Positions 11,150 to 24,841 of a DNA stretch of 64,000 nucleotides are shown here, in pieces. Numbering within the stretch: position 1 is the first letter of the stretch; each line of letters starts with the position of its first letter. The stretch is taken from positions 1,116,001-1,180,000 of the forward strand of contig OU015569.1 in the NCBI GenBank assembly GCA_907165135.1. Reading direction: 5' to 3'. This DNA is from Oikopleura dioica. Taxonomy: Eukaryota > Animalia > Chordata. Below the pieces are notes generated by a model. It saw only the letters and a list, made by a program, of their open reading frames with translations. It searched no databases and was not told the DNA's origin. A program made the position numbers and the translations under genes.

Positions 11150-14100
11150 TTAGTTCTTTTGGGTGGAGAGCGTGTCCAGAGTGTTTTGAAGGGTTTCGGA
11201 CAGGGACTTGCTGCGTAAACTCGTCAACCAGGAGCCTGCGCGGTCGACACCAGACGTTATCGCCTCCTCAACCATCCGCCCACTGGAGGAACCCTGCAGC
11301 GTGGATGTGAGGCGCAACTTTAGGTCAGAAAAAGGGTTGATAGGCGGCACATGAGCAGGGTGTTCTGTCATATTGTCGTGAAACGAGGGCTAGTAAATAA
11401 GAAAGTTAAATTGAGACGGAAACACAAAGGTACTCTAATACCTTTGAGCTGAATCTCCAAACTTTGTGGCAGCGAGTTTTTGTGAAGGAATCGACGAACA
11501 TGCGCCCATAATCATCTTTGTGCTTCGAATCTGAAGTCATGGAAGCCGAGAGCAAGCCGATAAGGTATTGACGGAACTGTGAGCGGATCCAGGAGTCGGA
11601 ACCCTCCCAGGTTGCGCTGCCATCGTTACTGTCCAGCACCAGGAGGAGATTGTCGACAAAGCGTAGGTCTGCTTGTGTGAGTTTGCAAATGCGTTCGATT
11701 TTGGGGTCCCGGTAATTGATTTCGCCCTGGCCGTCGATTTCCACGAGTACATCGGATAGGTGTTTTTGCGCTATAAAACCGTGTTAAAAATTAATTCTTT
11801 TTTAGTTCAAAGAAGATATTATTCTAGCGACTGCACCTCTGAAAAGAACATTTGATGACGCGGCCGTGAAGCCAGAATGAAAATTGATATCGAGCAAGAG
11901 CGAATGCTGTTGAAGACAACAGTACGGCATCAAAAGATAATTGCCAGTGAAAATCGCCAGGGGAAAGCCAAACTCGTCGATTTTCAGAGGATTCTCGGGA
12001 ATTGACTGAAAATTGCGTTGGCGGGACAAGAACAAGGACTGTCTTGTGTTCACCTCTGGATTCGGGTCTTCTCGCGGAGGTGTTGGCAAGTCGAGCACCA
12101 GCGAGCCGAAACCGGCGACTTCGTGCAACCCAGGATCCTCCAAGCCAGAGGCGTTGTCAAAATTGTCCTCGTCGTCTAAGTCGACCATTTCGACTTCTAT
12201 GAGGTCTTTGAGCAGATGACTTCCGCGCCGGCCAAGTTTCGTTAGCCCGACGGTAATGTGGTCCAAAATAGGCGATCGAATTTGTTCTGAATAAGCTTTA
12301 GTAACAAATCGAGATCGGGAAATATAGAGTGGAAACAGTGGCCCTCCTTAGTTTAGTTTGGCCCCTTCCCCTATTTTCCCTGACCTATTCTCTCTTTCCT
12401 GTTTCTCACCTCAACATCGGCGCTTATAACCACGCCGCTTCTTCTCTCTCTGTACACTTTTACCAGTTACCACAACCACAACCATCTCATCACACCAATA
12501 AACTACACTTTTTACCATGAGTTCCGACGTTTATCTTCCCATTATATACTTGTGAACATTCGGTTGTTAGTTAGTTATCCTCTCATTCCGACCAATGTTT
12601 CCACAATATATAGTGGTGACTGAATAAACCTGATACGAACGACCATTCCCCGAAGAGAACAAAAAAAATAGAGGATAACGAAAATGCAATAACTACGGAT
12701 TCTACAACAATAAAGCAACAACAACTCCAACTTCATCTCATTATTCTTCACACCCGCCCCCTACCCCGATTTCTGACATCTACTACAACATCTCCGACTA
12801 CGACTACAAAAACAACTACTACTACCTCCACAAAAAAAACTTTCTTCTGCAACGACTACGAGTACAATCACAACAACTACAAATACCTTTTCAACAACAA
12901 CTTTATCTACCACTTATGACGTCAAGACAAAAACAAAACTTGGGTGCAACCCAAAACGACTACAACTACGTTTACGATGTTAGTTCCGATACCAAAGCAA
13001 CGATGCCGAACGAAATCGCTGAAAAGAATCATCTTTAAAACGATGGCCACAACATCGCACCTAACGTTACTAGCTTTCGCGACTATTAACTTCGGGTAGA
13101 TCCGGGCGCCTTACTTCTCATCATTTCCCTAGGGCGTGGAACAGATGACGTTTTCGATCTTAGACGCACCGCCGGTCTCATTCTTTTAATTATTATTCTT
13201 TAGGATCCGCCAGTTTACTTTATTCGACAATTTTGTTTTCGCGTATCTAACCTAACTCAGCCACCTAAACCTTATTTCTTATCTTATATTTTTAATTTTT
13301 TATCTCTAGTTCCCTTTATACAGCTCTTTTAAAGGGGGGAGAGGATGCATACACACTTTCAATAATTGTCAGCATGTATTTTAATCATAGACGAGTGATG
13401 AGCTTAAAGTCCCTACCGTATTCGAGGGGCGTGTACCTAGCCGAGGCTCGCAGATTTAATTGTGATTAAATTTACCTCTGCTGCAATTTTCAACCCTTTT
13501 CGATGACAAGTCGACCATTTTCCGCGGCCACTGCACGGCCCCCTTTTCCTACTCAACCTACCGATCCCTGTTCGATCGCCACTCAACGATTATGCATTCT
13601 CATACGAACCGATAATTGAGCTTGACAAAGAGTATTTTTGATTAACCCTTTCCGATTTCCAATTACAATTTTACACACACTCAATATTCCACTAAGTCTA
13701 CTCATTTCACGAATTTCCTACCGGAATTTCGCTCTTTTTTGTCCAAGGGAGGGATATAGAGTGGAAACAGTGGCCCTCCTTAGTTTAGTTTGGCCCCTTC
13801 CCCTATTTTCCCTGACCTATTCTCTCTTTCCTGTTTCCTGTTTCTCACCTCAACATCGGCGCTTATAACCACGCCGCTTCTTCTCTCTCTGTACACTTTT
13901 ACCAGTTACCACAACCACAACCATCTCATCACACCAATAAACTACACTTTTTACCATGAGTTCCGACGTTTATCTTCCCATTATATACTTGTGAACATTC
14001 GGTTGTTAGTTAGTTATCCTCTCATTCCGACCAATGTTTCCACAATATAGGAAATTTGTCTGAATGTTGAATTTACCGGATGTTGAGCGCTTAGAGAGCG

Positions 14101-15496
14101 TAAAAACTTCGTCGTTGTTGATTTCGGTCATGTCAGGCTCTGAGCTCCGCCGCGGGGGAGGATTGTCATTTCTGTCCGTAGCGGTTGCAGGCCTATCAAC
14201 GCAAGCATAGTAAAGCCCCTCTTCGATCATATTCGGGAAGAGAGAAACGAGACTCAGAATTGTGCTACCAATTCCGTCCGCGTCGCCGAAGAAAATATTT
14301 CTCTTTTCAAGCAGCAGCAGTTTGAAAAGAAGGAGAGTTCTGTGACGAAATTTCTGCAGAAGTGATCGAACAGACAAGTCGGCGAGGCACATTTCGGGCG
14401 TCCACCCTTGCACCGACATATTCACTTGCTGGTACAATTCTTCCAAAATCGACACCTAAAGAGAGACTTGTCAAATTTTGAAAATTAAAAAAAATCTCTA
14501 GAACAGGTCCTGCGCTGGCCTGTTTTTCATTTTAGTCACTTCACTTCAAGGAGTTTTAAAGTCCGAAGCGCACGATAAAGAGGTAATTTTGTGCATAGTT
14601 TTCAGTAAATAAAGTTAATTTTTGATTCAGGTTACCAACCGAGGAAAAGCAAAAAGCCGAAGCGAAAGACGCGGCTCTTAAACATGTTGTACACCAGAAA
14701 AACAGATGTACTCGAAGATGTTAGTGATAATCTAACAGATTGAAAGCCCTTCATGAAATGAAGATCACTCTGAATTCTGTCCAAGCCTGAATAAAATCAA
14801 TTTCCTTTCACCCCATTTCCAACAATTATCGCTTTTGCAAATAAAAAAGGCGATAATTGATTCGTGTCTTAGCGTTTTGCAGGGTACAACGCAGGTTTTT
14901 CTATTATGGAATCAAGGAGGAGTTTATTACCTGACTAAAGTCGCGTTCTTGAAAGAAAGCTTCAGAAACCATCTCCAGCTTTGCTTTCAAAACTCCAAAG
15001 AGAGGCACGCGCGAGATAATCAAAACCGATCTGAAAATTGTCGATGAAGATAATTTCTTTGTGGTTCTGCGGTTACTTTTGGACGGTCTCGCGGCATACA
15101 TCGGCAGTCTTGACTTTCAGCTTTTCTGTTTCAATTTGTCGGTAACAGGAGACGCCGAAGACACACCTGTCGCTGCCTGGCAGAGGGAGGAGGAAGTAGG
15201 AGCTGTCAGTTTCGTGGTGGTGAGCGCCGTCGGGCAGCGCCAAAGCAGGCAAGGACTTCCACTCGGGCGGCAGTGCTGACGAGCTGTGCGCCTGGCCAGC
15301 AACTAAGGGCGGGTAGGAATACTCGAGAATCGTACCTTTCTAATCGTAGAATTAGTCACATCACTTTCAAAATAGAAATATGCAAAATTTGACCTACTTT
15401 GTGATGAAAGCCCACGATAGCCACGTGCATGATTATGTTGGTCTCTTCCGATTTCGCTCCTTCATTTTCGAGAAGGTCGCTTTCCGAATCATTCAT
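11150..15496 (-). CDS. AVL9: Late secretory pathway protein AVL9 homolog (DENN-like)
   Basis: Motifs HVAIVGFHHK, EYSYPPL, EWKSLPALALPDGAH, FGVSCYRQI, KFRHRTLLLFKLLLLEK, FGFPLAIF, LTQADLRF, WEGSDSWIRSQFRQY. Contains a 1.79 kb intron (12287-14076). Confidence 0.93.
12323..12610 (+). repeat. 5' LTR (288 bp)
   Basis: Begins TATAGAGTGGAAAC, ends GTTTCCACAATATA; contains TATAA (12425) and AATAAA (12497). Confidence 0.88.
13755..14049 (+). repeat. 3' LTR (295 bp)
   Basis: Copy of 12323-12610 with one extra 7-bp CCTGTTT tandem duplication. Confidence 0.88.
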
Positions 15497-15863
15497 TCTT
15501 CAGAAAAATATATTATATCTTATCGTGTTGACCGGATCAATAAACCAAGAGATAAAAAATATATTTTTAAACACTTATTACGTATAATATTTTTTATTAC
15601 GGATGTGAACTTCCGTTAACGCAGTGGTTGGTTACTAGCCCTCGGAATGGCAAGAATAAATGAAGATATTGATAGACTTCGTAATTGGCTAATCGGTAAT
15701 TGAAGGCAGTTGTGGTATTTCAGAAGACGTAAATTGAACTATAGCAAGAAACAAATTTCGCATAAATATCTATGTACAAAAACTGGGTTTGATAACTTTA
15801 CAATACAGCTAAAGGAAGGTAAGTGGGTGGCAGAATTTTTCAATTTTTAATTCGAAGTAGATT

Positions 15864-18800
15864 TTACTTCTTTGCATTTTCCGTCGTCGGTTTCCAGGCA
15901 GTTTGATTTGCGGCATCAATTTCTTCCTGTTTTTTTCGTTCCTTTTCTTTCTCCTCTTCTCGCTTTTTCCTGTAGAGAATTCGATCGTAAGAAGGCCATG
16001 CCTTCGGCTTCTTCGGATTCTTTTCCTAAAAATTGTTAAGAAATGCTCAATAACCTCCTGTTTATCTTACCCATAATTTCTTGAAGACGGGAGATTTGGT
16101 TTGCTTGGGAATCGAGAGATATTGCCGCAAAAGTCTTCTATTGTTCTTTTGAAATTGCTCGATCTCTTTCATCCTTTTGAAGCGGTGATCTTTCTTCGCC
16201 ATTGTTCCGGCAGCGTAGTCGATGTTATCTCTCAGCTCGTTGATGATGTCGATATCTTCCTCTAGAATTTCCGCCTTCAGGAGCTGCTGGACATCGTACT
16301 CTGGAAAGAGCTGGTGTAGATGTGCCTCTTTGAGGCGTTCGTAGTGCTCATCAGTTTTGCCTCGTCGAACAAGACCACTTCCAGCGACGTAGCTGACAAA
16401 TGGATAGGGCTCGAAATCCTTGCCTTCGCGGCCCGGATGAATGTAGTGATTTGTGTCCCGCTTCTCTATCTTCGCCGTATCATCTTTAGGGTCACATGAT
16501 CTTCTGACATGATAAAGGGGACTGTACAATGCATGAAGGAAGAACAAACATTCTGGGATATCAGAGAAGAGGGTTGTAAGTCTCGGCTGGATGTTGTCAC
16601 GGTGCATTTCTACCATGTTCCCAAGAAGAACTGTCTGCCGAGCTTCTTCTGGTGTCTCGATACAGATCACAGAGTTGATAGAGCTTGCCTTCGTCTTGAT
16701 ATTATATGCTTGGGCACATTCGAAAACTGGCATAGCTTCGTACACCAGTGGACTGAACGGCCCCTCTACTCTCGTTGTCCCATCTGGGTAACCTTCTCGA
16801 ATGCAGAGCTTCTCCCTCTTCAACTCGAACGTGTCTTCTACGCCGAACATCAATGTTCCATCTTGGAACCTCGTCTTTCTTTCGCCGATATCTTCCAATT
16901 CGACGACATCGATATCGTCCTTGTAGTCACCTGGCTTTTTTCTAGGGCGATCGGGAACTTCTTTCGTCCATCTGAATTGATTCTTTTTCTTTTCGGATTT
17001 CGGCTTAGCGGGCGTCGACGCTCCATCGGATGCAATCGGAGTTGAGCCTTTTCCACTGTCAGTCCCCAATTCCTTTTTGGTCGGTGTTTCTTTGGTGGTG
17101 TCGCTTTTCGTTTCTACTGGACCGGGGGTGCTGTTGCCGCTGTCCTTGGATTCCTCTTCATTGATCCTTTTTTTCGTATCATCCGCTGGGTCCGTTTTCT
17201 TCTTGTTCTTCTGGGGCTCTGTTTTGTCGGCTTCCTTCTTGCGTTCCTTCTCCTCCTCGACCCCTTTCTTTTCAACGAACAGACCTTCGAGGCATTCGGC
17301 TTCAATAAGAACAGGGTTGGGCTTCTTCTTTGGCAGCGACTTTTGAATTTTCTCCCGGCCTCTCCACTCCCAAGACGCTTCGATGTCCAAGAAGTTATCG
17401 TCGATTCTACGGCCGAATCCTTCTTTGATATAGTAGTCAGCAAAACTGATTCCGCTCAACGTGTAAACGTCGGCGAGGATGACTGGCTTCGTTGATTTGG
17501 TGCTGAAGACGTTGACCAAAATTCCTGAGTCTCGGTCCACAAGCTGCTGAAGATATCTCTTCGGGGCGGCCGGTATCTGACGAAATCCTCTAATTTTGAT
17601 TTCCATAGCAAGATTCGGCTCACTCCTGGTAAATTCCATTTCTGGCGTTTTTGGAATCTCTAGGAGATCCTTCTTTGGCACATACTCAATGTTACCATAG
17701 TCGACAAATCTTACGTAAGCTTGTTCTTCCTTGTCGCCTCCTTTCTTTATGTCGGCTTGAAGCACTACGCATCGGTCGTACTGGAGGTCATAATGACCAT
17801 CTACTCGATGCGGAGCGAGGTATCGTTCATAATCTTTGATGTCGGATTGCAGCTTCTTGAGAGCCACTCCGCCCCGTCGTTCTCGTCTCTTCTTTGTTTT
17901 GACGTGTTTCTCGATTTCTTCTTGGATTTTCTCGTAGATCCATTCGTAACCTTGCTGGATGACCCACAAAGTCTCTAGGTTATCGTTCCACGTAACTCTG
18001 GCGCGAAATTCACTTCCACCTCCTGTGTCGGACTTGGTCAAGACTCGTTCATATCCGTTTTGATGCATGAACTTGACAGAATATACTTGATCTCTGTTGT
18101 ATTTGAATGGACCATTTTCCTTCTTCTGTTCCTTCTGGGCGTAGTACTGCTCTCGACGGATGATATTGTTATTCTCGTCGAGAACAACGGGCATTCCACA
18201 GTTTTTCTCCAGCTCTTCGATTTCTCTTCGTTCAAGGTAGTCTCCACATGCGTAGAATTCCTGGAAATCCTTGTTTCCATGTCCAGGTACTCCGTTTCGC
18301 TTGGCACGGGCCTTTTTTAAAGCATGCACCACTGCCTTGTTTACTTTTCGGTTCGGATCTCCTGCATTACGAAGCTCCCGATCATGCACTTCTATCATTT
18401 GGCGATGTACTCGACCTGAAAACGAGTATATTTACTTACAGTTTTATGGACTGATACTGACCGAGGTAGTCGTAGAGAGTGTTCGTATTATCAGCCTCAA
18501 AGACAATGAAGATCTTGTTCCCGTGGCAGATGACATTCTTGACATATCCGCACGACGAGTGATACTGGCATTTGATGTGTTTTGCCACGGCCCGAGCTTC
18601 TACTTCTGGCGGACATACGAAGTGGATCGTGTTTAGCGGGTTTAGGATTTGGCTGTCCGTAAGCTTCATTTCTTGAAGGCTAAAAATATAAAATAGACTA
18701 TTAAAAGAAGAGTTTACTTACTTGTGATGATTTTTTCCTTCATTTTGTAAATGTGCGGGAAGGCGCCAGCGGCAATGATCACTTTTATGATCTGGTGATG

Positions 18801-21709
18801 TAGTTCTTCTAGATAGGCACTGCATGTAGTTTTACATAAGATTACTCGGTAACTGAGTCTCAAATTGAGTTTCAAATACCGTATAAAAGAGGTAATATGT
18901 AATGAGAGACGAGTACCCTTCCTAATTTCAAATTGCCGATCATGTCGGCGCGCTGCTGTGCAATGTCAGCATCAGAAAGATTTCCGATAAGAAAACCGGA
19001 TGATTCCATTCGGTCTTTTATTTCATCAATCATCACGTGCATCTCTCTCACAGCCTTCTGATTAATGCCGAAATCTTTGCACCACTGGACTTCTTCATTG
19101 ACTGTTTCGAAAAGAGCATTAGAATTCAGCCAAGATTTCGGAGGGCGCATGTTCCTTGATCTTCGACGAACCTAAAATGTGAGGTTAAAAGTGTTCTAGT
19201 ACAACTGGAGTGCTCACATTTGGGTCGAGGTTGCAGTACGATGTGGACATCTTTCCATACCACTTCAAAAAGGCGTTCATAATGGCAATTGGATCGGATT
19301 GGGAGCCACAGGCCCAGTAGGTTTTAGCCTTGAAATTCTCCGAATTTTGGAGATTAACGTTCGTGTCTTCGAGCCAAAAGCCTTCCTGGCTGATTCCCGC
19401 AGCAAGAATAATGCCTTCGTAGGTGAAGCCGAAGAGGTATGCGTAGTAAAGCATCCTTGTGACTTCAATCTCCATTGGCATTATTGTCATCAGATGTCCA
19501 AGCGGCGTCAGGTCGCCATCGCCTTCGGCCTCTCCCTTGATCGGCCAAATTGTATCTCGAGTGTATCCGCCGGCTGAGACGTTCTCTGATGGGCAGCTCT
19601 CCGGAAATCGTGTCAAGGCGCCCAGTAGCTTCAAGCTCTGCACGGCAAAGTTGACATCAAGGTCTTTTGGCTTTAGAGAGGATTATATTTTCAGTCTGAA
19701 GGGAATATATAGAAGATCTATCAAACTGTTATGAAAAATCAGAAAATATCTATCCTTTCCTTTGCACACGTCTTTTGAATGAAGTCTTCGGGGCGCATGT
19801 TTGGATAGAATGTTTTCCCCAGGAGAATGAAATTCTCAAGGCGAGAGATCATGATCTCTGGTGTGACGGCGCGCTTCATTTCTTCTTTCATAAATTTTTT
19901 CGTAACCAGTCGGAACGCAAATCCCGGCTGAGTTCTTCCTGCTCTTCCGGATCGTTGGTCCGAGTTCTCTTCTGATGTCCAAATTGGAATCAGCTGCTCG
20001 AGGTTGGTTTGCTTGTCTCGGATCTTTCTTTTCGAGAGGCAAAAGTCGATGACGTAGACGACATCCGGAATTGTGATCGAGCTCTCACAAATATTCGTGC
20101 TCAGGATTATCTTTCGTCGTCCTCGAGCAGGGGGTGAGAGCATTTTCTTTTCTTCGGCTTGATCACGAGGGAGCATTGAGTGTGCTCTGTAGATGTCCAT
20201 GTTGGCGAAATCGAGTTTCTTATAAGCCTTGATCGCACTGAACACTCGGTTGATCTCTGCAAGTCCAGGACAGAAGACCAAAACTGATCCCTTTTCTTCC
20301 TTCTTTTGCTTTTTCTCGTAGAGGTCGATGTGCTCCAGTAATCCGACGAATGTTTTGATCGATTCATCCCTCAGATCAGCAACTCCGACGTTGCTGGAGA
20401 ACTCACGAATACATCTTTGTGCTCTTCTGTCTACAATGTACGGGGTGAATCCTCGAACGGACTCGGCGTTGTCGTCGCGCAGGTCGTCGAGGAAATACTG
20501 CTGAACTGGAAATGCGCGGCTCCTGACATCCACCAGTATAGGGCTGAAGTTCTGAAAACAGAACTGAATAGGGATCGCCAAAAAGGTTTACTTACTCGAA
20601 AGTATCTTTGGTATACTCCCGTCTCCACCGTCGCCGACATGATTATGACTTTGATATTTTTGTTTCGCTCGAGTACGTCCTTTGCGAGTAAAAGGACCAT
20701 TTCTATGTCCATATCGCGCTCATGGACCTCGTCGATGATGAGATGCGTGATGTTGTCCAGGCTTCGGTTTGTTCGGACGATTTGTAGGGCACATCCACTG
20801 GTCATGTAGGTGATTCGGGTGTCCTTGCTCACGCATTTGTCTAGAAGAAAGAATGTTATCCTTTATTATAAAAATTTTGCTGAACAGAGGAAATGAGTAT
20901 ACCTAAGCCGACTTTGTAGCCGATCAACCCGCCAACTTCTGAGCGGCATCTCCATTCGCGGGTTTGCGAGACATGTCGGGCGATGGAGGTTGCAGCTATT
21001 CTACGCGGCTGCGTCACCCATATATTGCACATTCTTGACCTTCGGTAGTCTCGATTTTGCGCGATATGGTCTAGGATGTATAATGGCACTAAGGTTGTCT
21101 TTCCACAGCCAGTTTCGCCCTTGATAATCGTAACTCGGCTGGATGGTTTGTCAAAGATGGCCTCCATGATCTCGTTTTTCTTTGTCGCGATGGGAAATAT
21201 TTCTGCTGATTTCTCGCGGAATGGGTAGTACTTCCGGTAGATATTCTTGTATTCCGCCTCCGTCTTGAGTACTTCGTCCAGCTCCGCCACCTTCTTGATT
21301 CCTACGCTTCCTGGTACACTGCTTCCCATTGCCGTGTAATTGTAGGAGGCGGAGTCTTCATCCCCCGAGATTTCGCCCTGAAAAATGAATTTAAAGAATC
21401 CTTCTGATAAATAAAACTTACGTGATTGACCGCCTCTTCTAGCCCCGAGTATTTATTTTCTTTTATTTTGGACTCGTCTTCTGAATCCTCATCGCATAGT
21501 GTGGATCTCGCCCCATGCGACGAAGCTGTTCGCCTGGTCACCACAGATGATCCGGTGACTCTGGATGATACTGATCGTTCATCCTCGTCTTTTCTCTTGG
21601 CTGGCTTGGTTTCTTTCTTCCTTGGTTCACTCTTCTCTGACCTCGCCTTGATTGAGGCAAAATCGGCGAACGCATCCGAGTCCGAATCCGAGTTCATTTC
21701 GATCGCCAC
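15864..21709 (-). CDS. TDRD9: Tudor domain-containing DExH RNA helicase (Spindle-E/TDRD9, piRNA pathway)
   Basis: Motifs GETGCGKTT, TQPRRIAA, IIDEVHER, MSAT, STNICESSITIPDV, QRSGRAGR; HA2 region (LTPLGHLMTIMPMEI); Tudor YVRFVDYGN. Confidence 0.9.
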
Positions 21710-22512
21710 TCTTAAAAATATAACTTGCCTTTGTCTGAAAATATCTGGCCAACCTCTTATCTTCCAAAAAAGTCGCCAAAAATTGAAAAAATCGCGAAAA
21801 ATTATAACTAAGCTTAAGCGCCAGGCGCACCCGTTTATATACGCTCATTTGAGAAGGGTTGATAATTCGTGATGGAATCCTCTCAAAGGCATTTGCCTTC
21901 TTTAGAATTACGTTTTCACGAGCAATTTGAACTGATCATCATGGCTCAAACGGATCTAAGATAGTTATCCTCTAACTTTGGGGCCCTAAGTCAAAAAGTA
22001 CTGCCTGTATAGGTATTCTAGCACTACAGTAGAAAAAGTAGTCGAAAATTCTAACAGATTACTAATGGACGAAGGTGAGAATGACTCGGTTATAAGAGAA
22101 TAAACAGAATGATACAGAGAGAGACTATTTTATGGAGAGTTTCTCTTTTTTGATTATGATTCCGAAGTAAATTGAATTTTTAAAGGAAGCCCCGAAAAAT
22201 TCGGAGCTCAGCGTTAGGCCCCAGCGTAGGCGCGCCGCGTCAATTCTCACAAAAAATCTTTCCTTTCTGAAATTCCTCGATACTGTATTTCGCTGCTTCC
22301 GCCAGAGAAGCTCTCTTACCTGATGGCAGAGAATGCTTAAGGAAAACATGCTCTTACAAAATTAAAACTAAAGTAAAATAATGGCGAAATTTTTATTTTA
22401 AAATGATAAATTCTTATACAAACTATATTTTGATGATTCGTCTTTTCGTAATTTCGGATTTATACTTTATTCAAAAACTGATCTTGCTCATATATTTTAT
22501 AATGGTTTTCGA

Positions 22513-22966
22513 TTATGTAATTACTCTGGAATCGATAGGAAACGGCGGTCTCAGCGGGGGAGCCGAAAAATGTTGCTTTGAAAAATTCATGACTGTATCA
22601 TTTTCTCCTCTATTTTTGCTTACTCGAAAGGGAGCAAAAAGCACGCACAGTCTCCCGAGACCGCCTTCCCAGGGGAGCATCCGACGTGGCTGAGGCTGCT
22701 CTTGACGGAGAAAGCCGCCTAATTCGAGAAAAATAGAAGCTCCTGCTTTCTTTCTACCGTCAACGAATTTACCTTTAGGGTGTGCCCCTCGAATGGCGGG
22801 TTTCTTTGTTCTTGGAACAGTTTCTTGAGAACCGGGAATAATGAAAATTGAAACTCGTTTTTTTTTCATCTTGTTTCCTTGACAGTTGATTGATGGAATG
22901 AAGAGCCTTGGGTTTTACGACGTGTCGAACAAAAAATCGAGAAAGAGATTGAGACGTACTCATCAA
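22513..22966 (-). CDS. Putative small spliced gene, exon structure unresolved
   Basis: ATG followed by an Arg/Ser-rich presequence-like N-terminus (MMSTSQSLSRFFVRHVVKPK) and two GT...AG intron-like segments; no unambiguous frame or homology. Confidence 0.3.
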
Positions 22967-23166
22967 AACTGAAATTGAAAATCAAAAGTTTTTAAGACGA
23001 AACTTCTTTAATTCAAATATCAAACGCATTTTTTACTATTTCTTTTTTTCGTTCTTTTGACTTCTGCTATCGATTTTGGAGAAAAAAGGTGGCTTTGCTG
23101 ACATTTCTATTTTGTAGAGAAGTGATGATTTGAAGTCGTTCCAAATCCAAAAAAAACAAGAAAAGC

Positions 23167-24841
23167 ATGCCTCTCACCACTCGTCAGTCCGAAGACCTAA
23201 AATCCGCCGTCGCCAGCTATTTACGGGAGCTTGGCGCCGATAAAGCATTCAACGCGTTTTTAGAAGAGCAAAATGTAAATAATGTAAGCTCGCATTCGCT
23301 CTCTTCTATCTTTTTCAAAGCTCTTCTTTTAGTCATCTGATAAAAAGTTTCACGGCTTGCTAGAGAAGAAATGGATCACTATTCCCAGGCTTCAGAAAAA
23401 GGTAAATTAGCGGTAGCAGAAGAGGATGAGGACTTTTGTTTCAGATAACTGATCTTGAACTACAATTAGAACAGGTGAAAAAAGAAGCGATCGGCGGCGG
23501 CTTCGCGCCAAGGGAGAAAAAAGACCAGTCCGAGTGGATTCCACGCGGCCCGGAGAAAGCCGAACTGCACGGACACAGAAGTCCAATCACCAGAACCATT
23601 TTCCATCCTCAATTCAGTCTACTCGTCACTGCTTCTGAAGACTCACAAATCAAGGTACGACAACTCTCCTTTCCTCCATTTTAAAGCGATCTAGATTTGG
23701 GATTCTGAAAGTGGCGAATATGAGAGGACGCTAAAAGGACATACAGACACCGTACAAGACCTCGCATTTGATTCCACGGGAAAATTACTAGGTAAAATCG
23801 CCAACTACTCGGTTCATTTGCTAAATAATTAATTGGTAGCTTCATGTTCCGCTGATCTAACAATTAAACTATGGAATTTTATCGACTACGAATGTATAAA
23901 ATCGCTGACAGGTAAGCACCAAAGCAGCAACTCTAGTTCATCGAAACTTTCAAGGCCACGATCATAATGTTTCGTCAGTGGCATTTCTTCCTTCTGGGGA
24001 TCATCTAGTCTCCTGCAGCAGAGATAAAACAATAAAACTTTGGGAAACAGCTACTGGGTAAGAAGCGAAAAAGCATTTCGGACGCAAGTAGAGCGTTTTT
24101 AGCTTCTGCGTTCACACTCTTTCTGGCCACGCCGAATGGATAAGAATGGTCAGGCCGAACGCCAATGGAACCCTCTTAGCTTCTTGCAGCAATGATCACT
24201 CGGTCAAAGTTTGGGACCTGGAGAAAAAGGTTGTCGCGAACACGCTCGGCGAAATGAAGTGAAACCGATTCTTTTAGGAAATAAGAGCGGATTTGCGAGC
24301 TCACGACAACGTCGTTGAATGCGTCGAATGGGCTCCTGAATCGTCATATGAATCTATAGCAAAATCAGTCAACTTAGACGCCAAATCCAAAGGAGGCCCG
24401 TTCTTGGTCTCTGGCTCTAGGGATAAAACAATCAAGGTTTGAATGCAAAAAAATACGAAAGTAACATGCCGCTCCGCTAGTTTTGGGACGTCACTTCTGG
24501 CATATGCTTATTGACTTTAAATGGACACGATAATTGGGTGCGGCAACTGCGTTTTCATCCTAAAGGTTTCTTCCAAAGGGTCCAAAATTGATTGAAATGT
24601 GGAATTTAGGAAAATATCTTCTCTCGTGTTCGGACGACAAGACGCTGCGGACGTGGCATATCGAAAATCAACGCAATCACAAAACGATCCATGCCCACAA
24701 TCACTTCGTCCAATCAATCGGTACTTACTTGTCCTATAGATTGTAGCCCTAACTCCTCAAATTCCAGATATTCATAAAACATGTACGTTCGCAGTCAGCG
24801 GCAGCGTGGACACCACAGCAAAGATCTGGGAATGCCGCTAA
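23167..24841 (+). CDS. PAFAH1B1: Lissencephaly-1 homolog (LisH + WD40 dynein regulator)
   Basis: [36 protein letters not shown]40 repeats ([23 protein letters not shown]), C-terminus KIWECR*. Confidence 0.96.

Larger units (their letters stand above)
12323..14049 (+). mobile_element. Non-autonomous LTR retroelement (TRIM/LARD-like) in an AVL9 intron
   Basis: Two near-identical direct repeats (12323-12610, 13755-14049), GGAAA target-site duplication (12318-12322, 14050-14054), TGG-starting PBS-like motif after the 5' LTR, purine tract before the 3' LTR; no gag/pol ORF. Confidence 0.88.

Noticed and set aside
12329-12520. ORFs in the LTRs (also 13638-14050) as genes
   Set aside because: They lie within the duplicated LTR sequence and have low-complexity composition without domain signatures.
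12614-12625. LTR PBS priming by the tRNA-Phe in this window
   Set aside because: Only TGGTG matches the tRNA-Phe 3' complement (TGGTGCCTTGAC); the primer tRNA remains unidentified.
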